Shown: positions 27,256 through 40,693, numbered from the whole stretch's first letter. The stretch is 63,556 nucleotides of DNA, filler included, from Choristocarpus tenellus KU-1152 (GCA_964200185.2; 10 parts of 10 records of this genome joined end to end with filler, not necessarily neighbours in it), one strand, 5' to 3'. The notes: generated by a model not told the origin, from the sequence alone. Translations and numbers: made by a program.

Positions 27256-27506
27256 GAGCCAAAGTGTCTTAGAAGGTAGAGCCGCGCGTCTATTTGGGGA
27301 TCAAAATCCAATGTTGCGATTTCGATGTTGTTTTGGCTACTTTTTTTGGACACACCTTTTCATTAGGAATACATTTTACGTACTCCTAAACATTTAGGAG
27401 TAGGAAAATGTCATAAAAAAAACCCCATGGGATCCAAGCCCGAAAAGGACGCGGCTACAGGGCAAAACTCGTACCCTCTAAGATATTAGATAAGATACTT
27501 TCACTC
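27256..27506 (+). mobile_element. MITE family A (~255 bp, ~23-bp TIR, Sola-like)
   Basis: GAGCCAAAGTgTCTTAGAaGGTA...TACCCTCTAAGATA(dup)CTTTCACTC; 4-bp TSD ACTT. Confidence 0.85.
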
Positions 27507-27599
27507 ACTTGCTCCATTCGATTTGACATATTTTTCCCCGGACTCCTTTTATCTCAATGACCTGCAGATGAGACACAGTCCTGCATACTGCAATCATGT

Positions 27600-29150
27600 G
27601 TACTGCAAGGTACTGCTGTAGGCAAGAGGAAACATACACTGAGTCTCCCCCCTTTGTTTAACCAGAGTCCCTCTTTCTACACCCCTCCACCCTGGTACCA
27701 TTGGACTATTCCTACGTTCAAACTCACCTTCTACTACGGCTACTATGCTTCTTGTATTCGTTTCTTGCCCTACTGGGTACCACAACTCTCAGCTTGGGAC
27801 AATTTCCAGATTTTGCAAGGGAGGAGGACTTCCTACGTCTCATCCCAAGGGGTCCTGAGGTCGACCACAATGACCCTCGCAATGCTGGGATCTTGGGACT
27901 GCAGGAACATCTTTGGAAAATTATTGGAGGGAGCAGAACTAACGGGGAGACGGATGGGGTATTTCGGACAATTCAAGATCAGCAAGCGCTCATATTCAGG
28001 GGCAGGCCATCAGCAGTTGGGTTTGCTGCGACAGCAGGCATCCACTCCTACAACAACCATCGCCGGTGTGTCAATTATGTGCAGGTTGGAGCATTGCAAC
28101 ACAGTGCAATGGCCCCTTGTGAGACACAGTTCCATAGAGTAGCCAGAAAAGCACATGTGTGTAGAGATAGGTGCGAAGTTTCTCCTGGACATTGTTACAA
28201 AGGAGAAAGTTCCTTGAGCAAACGTTCTATGACAAAAGATTGGGAACAAGAAAGAGTCAAGGTGGAGCTTGAATCCTCTTGTACAGGATGACTGAAGCCA
28301 TTTTGGTGCCAAAATGGCTCCACTTGCTATAGAAGGCATTGCTGTAGTTGGGAGAAGCAACAGTATCAGTGCAAGTGTCAGGACAACCGAAATGTTCTCA
28401 AGCTCTCACTGTTGTGGCTTTCACTGCTCTGAACTGATCCCAGGTGGAAAGAACCGCTTCGTCACATGTTGCTCAGATTACGATCCCAAAAGCCTTCCTT
28501 ATTTGGTGACCACCCAATCCCTTTTAGCGAGGCTGAGATTCACCAGGACGATGTATTGGTATCAATCCTTGAGCAGGAGGTGAGCAAGTACGGATTTGAA
28601 ACTGTGGTCGTTCTGTTCCGTGTCTTGAAGTCCTATCAGAGCACTATGCCTTACCAGCTTTTGCTACCACCAGCATACAAATGGAAATCAAATATCGTTC
28701 CAACATATTAGAAGAAGGAATATTTTGGTACTGTTTGGTTAGAAACAGGCTGATGCCTCCTTGAGTGGGTTCAGGAGAGCAAAGTTTGTTATCTCTAGGA
28801 ATCTGAGAATCCTGGCTATACAAAATATTATAATCAAGCTACAGTGGGTTTAGGCTAGACCTGATTATGAGGGTTGATGTGAAATTAATGAGCACAACGG
28901 TGCTGTGCTGAGATAAATGAAGCATCTAGGGGTACCATGTCTTGATGCTATAGCTCAGCGCTGGAAAGAAGGAAATATGGAAAGTGGCTAGAAGGGGGGA
29001 AATAGAAACAGGGCCAGTTGGAGATTTGGTGTGGTGGTGGTGGTGGTGGTGATGATGATCTTCAATTTCCAATGACCCAATGGAACATCACTTCAAAGAG
29101 CCATTGGATAAAGTATTGGAACAACCAAGAGTGACCTTATCAATGATGTC
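27600..29150 (+). pseudogene. Decayed PIF/Harbinger-type DDE transposase
   Basis: Fragments across frames appear in the expected order: MLGSWDC / HLWK (cf. MLGSxDCxHxxWK), VELES, GRSNSI, SLPYLV, QE..K...E...VLFRVLK, and NDPMEH..QRAI...YW near the end. Many stops and frameshifts. Confidence 0.55.
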
Positions 29151-29926
29151 TTTTTCAATGCTCAACCAGCACACCCCTCACTGTAGTCAGAAAATTTTAT
29201 TTTATTGAATTATTTTTTTGTGATTACTTCAATCAGCGACAGCCTCCTTGTTGCTGAGGTGCTTTGAAGGATACTGACAAAGAGAAAATGATGCAGTTTC
29301 TCCTCATCTATCTGTGTGATGTGTCTGAACAGAGTTGTGATGTGTCTGAACAGAGCACGAATAAGAATTAAAAAAAGAATAAGAATAAAGTACGTTCAAT
29401 TCCTGAGCTTATCGCAGACTCATGAAAACTCAATGATGCCATCGACCCCGAAGGCTGTGGCACAAGCTCATCGGCACAGTACAACTGGGGGACGTGCATC
29501 CTCAAGCTGTGTTGCTGACCTGGACCTCGACCTTGATGGAGAAAAACTCACCAGAAGAATTGCTGTTGACCAGAGCAGGGTATGTTATATGCAACTTTGG
29601 ATAATTACAAGGAGGCGATGCTTACCTTCACAAGTTTGCAATTCCTTCAACTACCCAATTAATTCGTAGCAGTTGCACACTATTTCTTACTACATCTTAC
29701 TGCAAATTTCACACCCAGCTCTACCTATTCAGTAGGACAGTACAGTCTGCACTACGTCATCCTTTGCCCTGACCATCTCTGACCATTGTATAGTGTGCTA
29801 TAGTCCATGAAATATGAAGGGAGTGATACCATCTAGGAGAGGATTTTTGTTGGCTTTCATGGGCCTCAAGGAATGCAATGCAATGTGTGTGTATTGAGCA
29901 CCGTAGAGGGTGGTTCTGGTTAGATA

Positions 29927-30183
29927 GAGCCAAAGTATCTTAGAGGGTAGGACCACGTCCATTTGGGGGCCAAAATCCAATGTTGCGATTTTGATGTAAT
30001 TTTGACTATCGTGTTTGTTAGGAAGTGTCAATATCCTTGTTCTGGACAAAGCTTTTCATAATGCACATATTTTACCTACTCCGAATCATTTTGGAGTGGA
30101 AAATGTATAATAAACCCCATTGGAAGCCAAGCCCTAAACAGACAAACACAGAAAAACTCGTACCCTCTAAGGTACTTTCACTC
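29927..30183 (+). mobile_element. MITE family A
   Basis: Near-perfect TIRs; flanks share only ATA. Confidence 0.85.
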
Positions 30184-30519
30184 ATATTTTGTTGACAACT
30201 CATCTTCTATTCTACAGTCACACCCTCCTACCCGGGTTAACTGCATTTCAGGTTCGAATGGGAATGGTGAATATTGGAGAAGGTTCGAAGAGGTCTTGAA
30301 AATGACCAAAATCAACACCACATTTTTGTGCTTTCCCTTCACGTAATGAGTCAAGTCAGTTTCACTTGATGAGTCAAGCCAAACGAGAGGTACCCAGAGT
30401 TCATTTTAAAGGTGGATGACAACTTTTGAGCAAAATTTGACTCTTATTCAAACGTGTATTGGATATTTTCTAAACTGTGTCAGAAAAGTTTTGAACAGTA
30501 GAGAAATAAACACTCTCAA

Positions 30520-30776
30520 GAGCCAAAGTATCTTAGAGGATAGAGCTGCGTCCATTTGGGGGCCAAAATCGAATGTTGTGATTTTGATGTTATTTTGGCT
30601 ATTGTGTATGTTAGGAAGTGTCAATATCCTTGTTCCAGACACACTTTTTTATAACGTATACATTATACCTACTCTGAAACATTTTGGAGTAGGAAAATGT
30701 CATAAAATCACATGGGAATCCCAGCCCCAAACAGACAAATAGGGCAAAACTCATACCCTCTAAGATAATGCCACTC
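30520..30776 (+). mobile_element. MITE family A
   Basis: Same TIRs and internal sequence; 4-bp TSD TCAA. Confidence 0.85.
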
Positions 30777-33776
30777 TCAAGTTAAACTTAGAACTTCAGA
30801 GAAATATGGTTGAATAGTAAAAGATGAAAAAAACAGACTTAACATACAGATTGTCCAATACCTGAGTACCTCTTGTTTACTTTGACTCTCAGAATAAATT
30901 ATCATTTTGAAGCAGTGCAATATATTCATGGTGTACCAAGTTGCAACGATTAAAGTGTTTATTGCATGTATGTATATACATGAGTGATAACACTGGAAGA
31001 TACACGTGGAGCAGGGAAAGGGCTGAATCTCTTGCATCTGCACCCCTCTATACCCTGCCCTTCGTTTATCCAGTCCTTTAGTTTCTCCCCCCAAAAATGT
31101 AGTGATACATGTGTGGAGATGGTGGCAGCCTCCCCATTCAAGCGTACCCCCTTCTCTTCGCTAATATCTGAACATCTAGGTAATGGACTTCATACAGAGG
31201 GTGCGCATATCGCACTCAGCACAAGCACATCAGCGGGCCCACAAGAGGGTGACCCATGCCTCTGTGGTGCAAGAAGTGGGAGCACCAAGACTGGAATTCG
31301 ACATTGAATTTTTTGGGAGCTTGTTACCCAAGAAGAAGCGTGCTCTCCACCCTGAGGTAACATTGAGGTTGCATAGCAGTACGTGGGAAGTTTTTTCTCC
31401 TCTTCTTGCCCCATTTTTGATGGGATTGGTTTGAAACAATGTGAAGGAGAGGTACCCCACAGTTACATTTGAAGGATGCTGACACACACATGTGCAAAAT
31501 TCGTTTTTTATTACAAATGCTTTTTTTTTTCTTTCCATGGAAAAGTTTACTGCAATAGAGAAATCAACGCCCTTGAGTCAAAGTTAGCATCATTCATAGA
31601 AACACAGGAGAAATGGAACAAAATTGAAAAACTGGCTCAAATTTGCAAAACGGTCAAAACCTGGGTACCTCTTTTGAGCAAAACGGTCATCTACCTTGGC
31701 TCTTCGCAGGGTACAAATCTTACAAAGGGCATTGCGATCTGATCATCAACACCACGCCTAGATAACTTAGATGGCAAATCGTTATCTCCCCAATGTTGGT
31801 GCGGTCACAATTGAATATGCCTGCTGCCGCAGTCAAAGTATTGAGAGTGATCCTTTGCCTACAAGATTGGAAATGAACTGTAGACTTTAGACTAAATTGA
31901 GCTCTCTCTTGTTCAATACTGCCTCGGGGAAGTTTGTTTGTGCTATCCAGACATGCTACTCTTCACCATGCTGAAAGTAACCGATCATCATAGAGCAAAC
32001 ATGTAGAATCCTGGAATGTTGCATGCACAGGGTAGGTGGTGTTGAATATGCCCGCTGAGTAGACGCAGAGGGGAATGTAAAACAGCCCAAAGTTATTTAT
32101 TCCAAGTAACATGCTGAAAGGGAGCATTGAGTATTATAGAGCTCAAGAGTTTTTTATCATAAATCATTGGGATGTGCTGCAGAAACTCGTCACCCTGAAT
32201 AGCCCTGGAGGGAGTACACCCATTGCAACCAACAAATAAAATAATGGATAACACAACCCACACATGCCTCCTGTCACGGATAGCTCCAACCAAACTACTT
32301 GGAACCAGTGCTTACGATAATAGTGATCCCTCTTCCTGCACTCTCTCAGGCCAAAGAACGGGTGTCTGTAGCTGTCCAGGTCAAAAAGGTGAGGTAAACA
32401 GGGGAGAAAATATTTCATGGACCATTGGTGAGCCAAAATAATCCACACCATACTATCTCACGCAACCCCTCACAGTCCCTTCTGAGCAAATAATCTTGTA
32501 CCTCCCGAGTACCCTGAACTATGCGCTTTCCGTTCTTGCTTATGCTTCAAAGTATGGTTTTATCCGTGCGCTGTTTCGTCTTCTTTCTCATCCTAACCCC
32601 TCACTGTGCTTCCTCTCCACTTCTTCTAAAGTGCCGGCTCCTGGTGCAGATTGTCTCTGCCCGAAATGTGCCTATACGTGTGGGGGAGGAATCAGGGGGG
32701 CTTGCTGTAACTTCAGTGCTAAAACACATGAACAGTGGGAACCTGGTGGCAGAAGATGACTTTGAGGCAAGCCAAGCACCCCTTGCTGTGGACACTTTCC
32801 TTACTCAAATGGCTCTGGCCGGGTGCCCATACTATAGGGACTATTTGGAACAGAGGCAAATTATATGAAACCTAGTTGCGTGCCCCCCTTGTACTGACAC
32901 ATTCCGAAAACCTCTTCTGCAAGGTTATGGTATTTTTGTGTGCTGAAAATCCTTTCAAGTATGTACATAACCCTTAACTGGGCGAGTGATAAAGATTAGT
33001 TTGCTCATAGATCATTTTACACTCAGCAACATACAACTGAGCTCCAAATTGTCAATTCAACTTCTTCAAGTTCTTCAAGTTCGATTTGGGAGAGGGCTAA
33101 GAACTGGGAAGTTTCGGATAGTGCAAAGTAGTTTTGTTGAGGTATGTTTCAGAGATGAATTGGACATGATGTCAGGAACATATCAAATTTAGGGAAATGT
33201 TGTGTTGTGTGCAAATATCAATCAACATGTAGAACAGGTATCGATTTTCCCATTATATATACATGTGTTGGTGAAATATTCGCAGGAGGATTCCACCAGA
33301 CAAATTCCGGTTTCTTCGTTTGTGGAGGTATGCTTCCAAGATGCTAGGTGAGGAGACAAGCGTAAGAAAAGACCCTGCCTTTGCCCCTCACTCATTGTTT
33401 TGAACAATCAACTGTCAATAACATGCTGGGGATTTACACAAAGAACCAACTCAAACAAGAACAAACCTTCAAGAGCAATGCCAAGGAAGAGTGACAGTGG
33501 CTTGCAAGCCTGTTTGGCAAGGCTTGAGCAACCTGCAAAGATCACATGATAAAAGCACTACCCTAGCCACTGGAAGCTTGGGACCATTCCAGCCGGCGTC
33601 AGCAGTTGGTGGTGTCCGCCCTGACTCAAAGTATCTGGGGGGGGTGGCGACTGTCCATTCAGGGCCCATTTTTCCATTTCGGGATGCTTGTGTGATTTGG
33701 TTGCATGCGTCGGATGGATAACGTAAGTGCACTTCTCCTGGTCAGGGTCCGAATGGACACCCTGGTGTAGACCCCC

Positions 33777-33876
33777 NNNNNNNNNNNNNNNNNNNNNNNN
33801 NNNNNNNNNNNNNNNNNNNNTTAATTAATTAANNNNNNNNNNNNNNNNNNNNNNNNNNNNNNNNNNNNNNNNNNNN
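33777..33876. other. Artificial contig linker 6
   Basis: Same 100-nt structure. Confidence 0.97.
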
Positions 33877-35564
33877 AGACTTGAATTTTTGGAACAAAGC
33901 TAAAGCAGTACTCCTGATGGCCTATGGGGGGGGGAGGGACTGGTGTTAGTAGTTACCGGAAACACAACAATTGTCATCTTCCATCATTTTTCAGAGGGGT
34001 CAAGAAGAGGGAAAATGTAGTTGAAGGGCTTAGCTTGTTGTGTTGAAGATTCAAGGTTGAACTGGCTTGTACATCAACCTGTTTACAATTGGGAAAGCCC
34101 GAAGCTCAGGTGCCCGGCAAAGTGTCCTCCCCCCTGCCCCCGCGCATAAGGACAGAGCACCCAGTCACTCTGTCCCAATACATGCAAGGACCGGAAACAC
34201 TCTGAAAAAACCGGAATGATAGGTCACGTAACCTAGCAAAAGCTCGGTGACAAAAAATGGCATGAACCAACTATCTTACTAATTCTGACCTACAGTCTTC
34301 TTCTCACTTCTGTGCATTTCAAACCTTTACCGCATACCTTGATGCAGTCCACAAAAGTGTGTTCATGTACAACATATTTTTACAAGCCGAGTCAACACTA
34401 GCAATTTGAAAATCCCTCTCATATACTCACGTTTTCACTGCAGAAATTGAAAATATTACCGAGAAGTAGAAACCTTGCTGCACAGATGAACAGATGAACA
34501 GATGAACAGAAAAGGAAGGGCAAGTTGCATAAACATTTATATCTATTTGGAAGCATGGCCAGATTGCTTAAAATGAGGGGTTGCCTCTCATGCAGCCAGA
34601 TACAGGGCACATGAAAATCACTGCTGCCAACTTCCGTTTCGACTTTTTGTCTAAAAATAACAGACTGGGTGCACTTAATCCCTATGGAGCTGTACTTGAC
34701 CGTGGTCTTGGGGTGGCATTCCCCAAGGGGAGGTTACTCTTTCACAAGGACGCAGCAAGTCAAATGTCTACAAAAGACATGGCATCTCGCCCAAGGGGCA
34801 AAAAACTAAACCCAGAATAATAGGGATCTTCTTCAGGAACACACACTGGTGCAGATATATTGTGCCACAAGTTCAACGTTGTTGACTGCTCTAACTTCTC
34901 TACAGCCCACACACCTCAGATCCCGCGCCAAAAAAAAAGTCCAGAAAACGTTGTGACATCTATGGTAAGGGCTAACACCAAATATCTGATTCCAAATTTG
35001 AATGCAATATAAATCAAGGTATAGAACTGTGTGGTTTCACGACTGGGGCTATCGGATATATTACATCTCCTAAATCTATATCTTTCCTATGCTATATATT
35101 GAGCCTCTCTGCAAGGAGTGCGAGAATGTCAGGAGCATTAGAACAATGATTCCTAATGGATGGGGTGTTGTGTCACCATCACCTATACATACAAACACCT
35201 ACCCACCCACGCAGATCATATGCAAATGAACCCCCCCAAAAAAATACACGTGCACGGAAGATCTTCTAATTTCAATCTCGTCAAAATAACTCTTCCTCCA
35301 TTCTGGGGAAAGCCATATTGGAGATTGAAGCAACCAAGACAAAGCACAACAAACACACATCTAAAAACACATAACGGACCTCTCTCCTCACAACAGTCAA
35401 AGGGTCAGTCCTCTCTCTGACTGTAGGGGCGTTCTTAACAGGCAGCTTGGAGGTCCAGATACAAAAAAACGATATGAACAGAGCTTGTCATAAAGACATC
35501 AATATCGGGAAAGTGAGGGGGGGGGGGAATCGCACATGCACAAAGTACAGAGGCATGGTCTGTA

Positions 35565-36236
35565 TCACGGATACATTTTACATTCAGTTGGCATCTTCTT
35601 TTCCGTTTCTAAGACATTAACAGAAACTTGGGCAGAAGAAGACGAGAGTGGATAGCTCACAGGATTGGGTTGCACCTGTGAAGACTGGAGATTCGTCTGA
35701 TGCTGGCCACCTCCCAGGCCAGTCGAAGTAGCATCAGACCTGTGACCTGAGTGAAAGTTGGGACGTTCAGCTGCTGCTCTTCTCAATGAATTTAAGAAAA
35801 CACTCGTGTCCAGCGATATGTGAATGTACTTGACGGACCAGCCGATCATTACAAGCTCACGGCTGGTGCCTGACTCAATGGTCTCATCGAGGATGACTGC
35901 AATCCCATTGAAGAGATTGATCACTGTGCCAAGAACAGATAGTACAAAATATAGACGTACTCGTCTGTTCTTCGTGCATTGCAAGAGCTCCTTCCATCTA
36001 CGACTCACAACGAAGGATAGCACCCCCGTCATTAGGATACCACTTGCAGTCTGCACCACAGAAAAAGAAAGGTTGATCCAATGGTTGTAGCTCGCCTGCA
36101 CAAGTAATGGGAAAACAACAGAGGAAGAAATATGTAACCCACAAATGAATATAGAAAAGTACAACCAGAGAGGGTTGGCTGCCTTGAGGACAGTCCCAAA
36201 CTCTATTGAAGGTTGATTGTGATAATGTTGGACCAT
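35565..36236 (-). CDS. Putative multi-pass membrane protein (about four TM helices plus a Ser/Gln-rich C-terminal tail; possibly the 3' part of a 7TM-like protein)
   Basis: 223-codon ORF with about four hydrophobic segments separated by a basic loop (SRRWKELLQCTKNRRVR). There is an in-frame stop 13 codons upstream of the ATG, so the 5' structure is unresolved. Confidence 0.5.
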   Translation of the reverse strand: MVQHYHNQPSIEFGTVLKAANPLWLYFSIFICGLHISSSVVFPLLVQASYNHWINLSFSVVQTASGILMTGVLSFVVSRRWKELLQCTKNRRVRLYFVLSVLGTVINLFNGIAVILDETIESGTSRELVMIGWSVKYIHISLDTSVFLNSLRRAAAERPNFHSGHRSDATSTGLGGGQHQTNLQSSQVQPNPVSYPLSSSSAQVSVNVLETEKKMPTECKMYP

Positions 36237-36704
36237 GTGGCAATTAACGATGGGTGGAGTTCGGAGTCGTTAACACGTAGAGAGCATTGCTATTGCTACT
36301 GTAATGGTATAACAAGAGTGCTGTGGAAGTGTGGATGTTCTTGCCAGGCAGAAAATGTCTTACCTTGTCACCATACCGAAAGACAAAACATACACATTTT
36401 TTCTATTACTTTCTAAAAAAGATTTTGGTACAAATGAAAAGTACATGTCTCAAAAATAATTTTTAAAGTGTTACCAGATGATGAAGTGAAAAGAAAAGGC
36501 AAGATCGAAGTTTTGTTGATTATTATCAATTAATATTATTTAATAGTACTTACACCTTAATTATACCATCACGTTTCAAGGGATGTTACTATACTTCTGT
36601 CATGACAACATTACCATTCATGTATATATATATATACCTGTGTGTGTGTTGGTCTTTAAATATATCCAGAAAACGATCAAGACTGCATGTCATTGGATAT
36701 TATT

Positions 36705-37679
36705 CTTAATACTATGCCTTCTGACATTTTGTAGATGTGTCAGGGGAGAAATCAATGAAAACTATACACATTGTCAGTATAAGCCCTAAAGAAATAAAAT
36801 GGCATAAATGTGAAAGTCCCTAATCCGTTTGTTACTTCACCACTATCTATGTTGTACTACTTCCCTCCTGTGTCTCCAATCTACCTATTATACCTGTGCC
36901 CCGGGAGGGGGAGCTAGGGAGGCATCCCAAGAATCCAATAAACCCCTCCGTGCCCATCTCCCTGGTGACTCCAGCTAAACACGCAGGACACACCTAGACA
37001 GTTCCACTTGCATAGTTACCGAGACAATTTGGCGTAGCTGGGATTTAAGTACTCTTTTCCTGCTATATCCTTTAATTCCTCTTCCCCCTACCATGTGAGT
37101 AGCCAGCTCATCCAGGAAGCATTCCGCTTGCTTGCCAAGGCACCCAAAACTTTCCACCGCAAAGGTGTTGAGGTTATAACTATGAGGATCAAAGGAGCCC
37201 TCGTAGTGGGAGTGCTTTCGCACCTCAGCTGCAGCAGCAGCTACACCATTGCTGGTGAATGAGTGGGTTAGGTGGGAGGTTGCCTGTACCTGTGCAAAGG
37301 TGACATCTACCAGAAGACCTTTGTCCCTGTGGGGGACTGTTCCGGCGTCTGCCAGTGCCCCTGCGTGAAACACCAGATACATGCAGAGATTCCTGTCCAC
37401 TGTGAAAGGGCTATCATCCTCCATAGTGCAAGGGATGCCCACCCCCTTGCACAGTTGGTGCAGGCATTCACCATTGGAGTGTGCTGTCATACCTGTCCCC
37501 CTGCCCTGGGGAAGGTACAGGCATGTCTGGTATCAACAGTTTACCTCCTGCACCCTGTACTGGATACCTGTTGGGTAGGGCCTCCTCCCTCCCTAGGGAT
37601 CTGCTGACTGTGAGCTTGAATTCGAGAGGGGGGATCTGGCATGCTGGTTCCAGTGGTTAAGTTGAGGCCCACGCGTTTG
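36705..37679 (-). mobile_element. Copy of the same RLE retrotransposon, cut by the contig end
   Basis: ORF 36975-37490 is near-identical in motifs to 46330-47004; same 3' UTR. Confidence 0.85.
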
Positions 37680-37779
37680 NNNNNNNNNNNNNNNNNNNNN
37701 NNNNNNNNNNNNNNNNNNNNNNNTTAATTAATTAANNNNNNNNNNNNNNNNNNNNNNNNNNNNNNNNNNNNNNNNNNNN
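37680..37779. other. Artificial contig linker 7
   Basis: Same 100-nt structure. Confidence 0.97.
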
Positions 37780-38483
37780 GATGCCACGCGTGCTGTTTTT
37801 TGGGGGGGTTGGGGGGGGGGGAAAAGGAGCGGGGGGAAGAGGGGGGGGGGGGGGAGGGGAGAGAGAGTGTGTAGGAGCACGAAATATGCGTGTAGGTTCT
37901 GAAGGGAGAGTGTACTATTCAATCAGAGGGTGAATTCTTTCTGGGGGTAGGTAGGAGGGGGTATGTGGGGGTTGACATGCCCGTCTTAATTGTGGTAACC
38001 TCAATGCCTATTGGCTCTGCCGAGGCTTCAATATTGGCCTTTATCTTGACTGCATGACCATGACTGCAGTTTACAATTAAACAAAAGCATGTCCACAGTA
38101 CGAGACCCAGGGGAAGGTACTCAGTGGCAGTGTCAAGAGGCTGTGGAACAGTAAGCACACAGAGAGGCCAAAGAGAGTCGGAGAATTCAAACATGCTGAG
38201 TTTTGTGCACAACACAGCTATGTGGTGGAAATACGTGGTATTGATCAGAAGCCCACAAACGCTTCTAGACTAGGCCCACTGCACTCACCCAGGTAGCACG
38301 AGGAACAAAAAGAGATCGTTTCAAGATCAAACCTCACCCAGAGCAAATTTTTCTCTTCAAAAGCGCAAGAGAGCAGGGAAGGGGAGGATACTTTCTTGTT
38401 CAACTCAATGTCTTACACTCGCCCCCCTCCCCCTGGAGCATATTCAAGGCATCTTTAAGCCTAACAGTCAAGTCATCAAACAA

Positions 38484-38738
38484 GAGCCAAAGTATCTTAG
38501 AGGGTAGAGCCAAGTCCATTTGGGGGCAAAAATCCAATGTTGCGATTTTGATGTAATTTCTTCGTGCTGTTAGGAAGTGTCAATATCCTTGTTCTGGACA
38601 CAAATTTTTACAACATACACATTTTACCTACTTCCAAACATTTTGGAGTAGGCAAATGTCATAAAACCCCCCCGTGGGAAGTCAAGCAACAAATAAACAA
38701 ACAGGGCAAAACTCGTACCCTCTAAGATACTTTCACTC
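38484..38738 (+). mobile_element. MITE family A
   Basis: Perfect consensus TIRs; flanks ACAA/ACAG. Confidence 0.85.
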
Positions 38739-39678
38739 ACAGACTACGTATATTACTTAGTACTAGTACATTGCTAGGTAGCCCATTTGAAGTAGATTGA
38801 ATTGCAACAAAAGCCACGCACTGCTATGTACCTCTCTCATGGTAAAAAAAAAAGGTATATTCCAGGAGGGGAGAGGTGAAGGGAGGTGGGAGGACAAAGC
38901 ATTGAAATATTTCCTCACCATCAGGATCAGCCACCAGGTGAAACACATAGCTGCAACCCATAAAAAAAATTAGAATGATAGAAGTCACCAGCATCGATAC
39001 ACCCTGGCAGATTGCAGCCCCTTCCATTGCCCGAGACAGGCCCCTGTGTGATGGACGCTCCTTATGTCGTAGGGTTTTCCTCAACTTGGAACGTGTCTTG
39101 TGAGTGGCACCAGCCCCCGTCGGTGCAGGTAGGTGGGGGGTGACGGAGGGAAATTAGGGGCAGTGGAAAGGGACAGGTGAGGGTGGGCATGTGTTGAAAG
39201 GAGGTTGAGTGACAGGAGTTGACAGTTGATGTCTGAGGATTTTTTAGGAAAGGCGACTTGAGCGCCAGCTGTACCTCAATTGTTGAACCTCTGCAAGAAA
39301 ATAGCAAAAGTTGTATGACTGATTAAAATTATCCTTTTGAATTTGGATAGTAGCACCTTCCAATTACCACCCCCTATACAAGCGTACATCTCTTTAACAT
39401 ATAATATTTTTCACCACCCATACTGAACAACCGACTCCTTGTGAACTCCGCAAAAAGCACAGGCACTAAACAAACAGTGGTCCCCTTTACTGCAGGGTGA
39501 ATCCTCTTCAATGCTCTGAATTGTGTCTATGAAGCCAAAAAAGTAACAAAAGCTCCCTAATACTCTCATCAAAACTGTAAACCCATTCTCATCCCTTCCC
39601 CAAAATATTGCTGCCCTCCTCCTCCACTCCTTCCTTGTTTTATACCATTTAAAAGCAGCCGGCCCTGTCTGATCTCAC

Positions 39679-40264
39679 CTTCAAGTACATGACTGCTACA
39701 ATGAAGGAAGACACCTTCATCATTGCTGAGGCAAGAGCCAGCCACGCCACCACCATGAGCCCAGTGTGCAGACCCCTCCATTCTATTGCAACGACCCCAT
39801 CAGCCTCAACAGTTGTCAGCCAAGTCAATCCTGCAGCTACAGAGGCAGTTGCAGCCGATCCCAATGCGGCAAGAGCTGAGTAAATGACGGCAACAGTGGC
39901 AGCCCGATCTCGAGTAAGCCACAAAGGTCCTCTTCCCCGCCATCGCCACTTAGCACTTGTAAAAGTGTCACCTACCTCTATTCCACCAGCACGAAGCCAT
40001 CGCTGGAACTCCACCTGGTTGGAGGGGCGTGCTGTGGAAGGTGGGGGTTCACCAGCTAGGAAGACAACCAGGGGTGCAAGCGTCTCAAGAGTGAGGTGAA
40101 GGGCGAGGGGAAAGCCAATGAAGAGGCGCTCCAGGCGCCGAGCAAGCTCAAAGCTTGCCAGGGCTGTCCAACAGCTAGTGAGTATTGTTCCCAGGGCCAA
40201 CGTGAGACAGAGGGCTTTCCACAGGAGTCGTAAACGCACTCGGAGAATGACTGCTTCTCTTGCC
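39679..40264 (-). CDS. Large internal exon of a putative multi-pass membrane protein of unknown function
   Basis: cacag| acceptor at 40266-40265 and |gtgag donor at 39678-39677 bound a 586-nt open exon with several hydrophobic helices. Further candidate exons lie near 38914-39110 and 38000-38200, but their linkage could not be phased. Confidence 0.55.
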
Positions 40265-40466
40265 CTGTGATTAATTTCATTTTGTTGCAGAGTAATCCAA
40301 GGTCAGCAGCTAGGAGAGCAGGTTGAAAGGTACAAACACACATGCATACACACATGCATACACACACACACGCATGTATAGGCAAGGGTGTAGGGAAGAG
40401 AAGGGTATTGCCTGAAGACCGGATATAGGTTAAGGTCAAGTTAAGTGTAGTGTAATTAAGGCATCT

Positions 40467-40693
40467 GGGTCAAAGTATCTGGGGGGGGGTGCCAGCATCC
40501 GTTTTTGACGCTGGCTTAACGTATGTAGGGGGGGCGGCAGCTGTTCATTGGGGCCAATTTTTTCATGTCGCGATTTATGGGTGATTTGGTTCCATACGTT
40601 GGATGGATAATGAAAGTGTACTTTCCCTGTTTTTGCTCCAAATGGACACTCTGGTATAGACCCCCTCCCTCCCCCCCCCAGATACTTTGGGTC
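40467..40693. mobile_element. MITE family B (TIR G..[TC]CAAAGTATCTGGGGGG), 4-bp TSD
   Basis: GGGTCAAAGTATCTGGGGGGGGG...CCCCCCCCCAGATACTTTGGGTC flanked by ATCT/ATCT; partial copies at 33623-33776 and 26984-27052. Confidence 0.8.

Noticed and set aside
29798-30742. Similar ORFs 29798-30049, 30448-30642 and 30416-30742 as a paralogous gene family
   Set aside because: They are chance translations of MITE family A copies
30984-33420. Coding-like region with Cys-rich fragments
   Set aside because: Many short overlapping ORFs with no consistent splice model or recognisable motif; probably a decayed element but unclassifiable by eye
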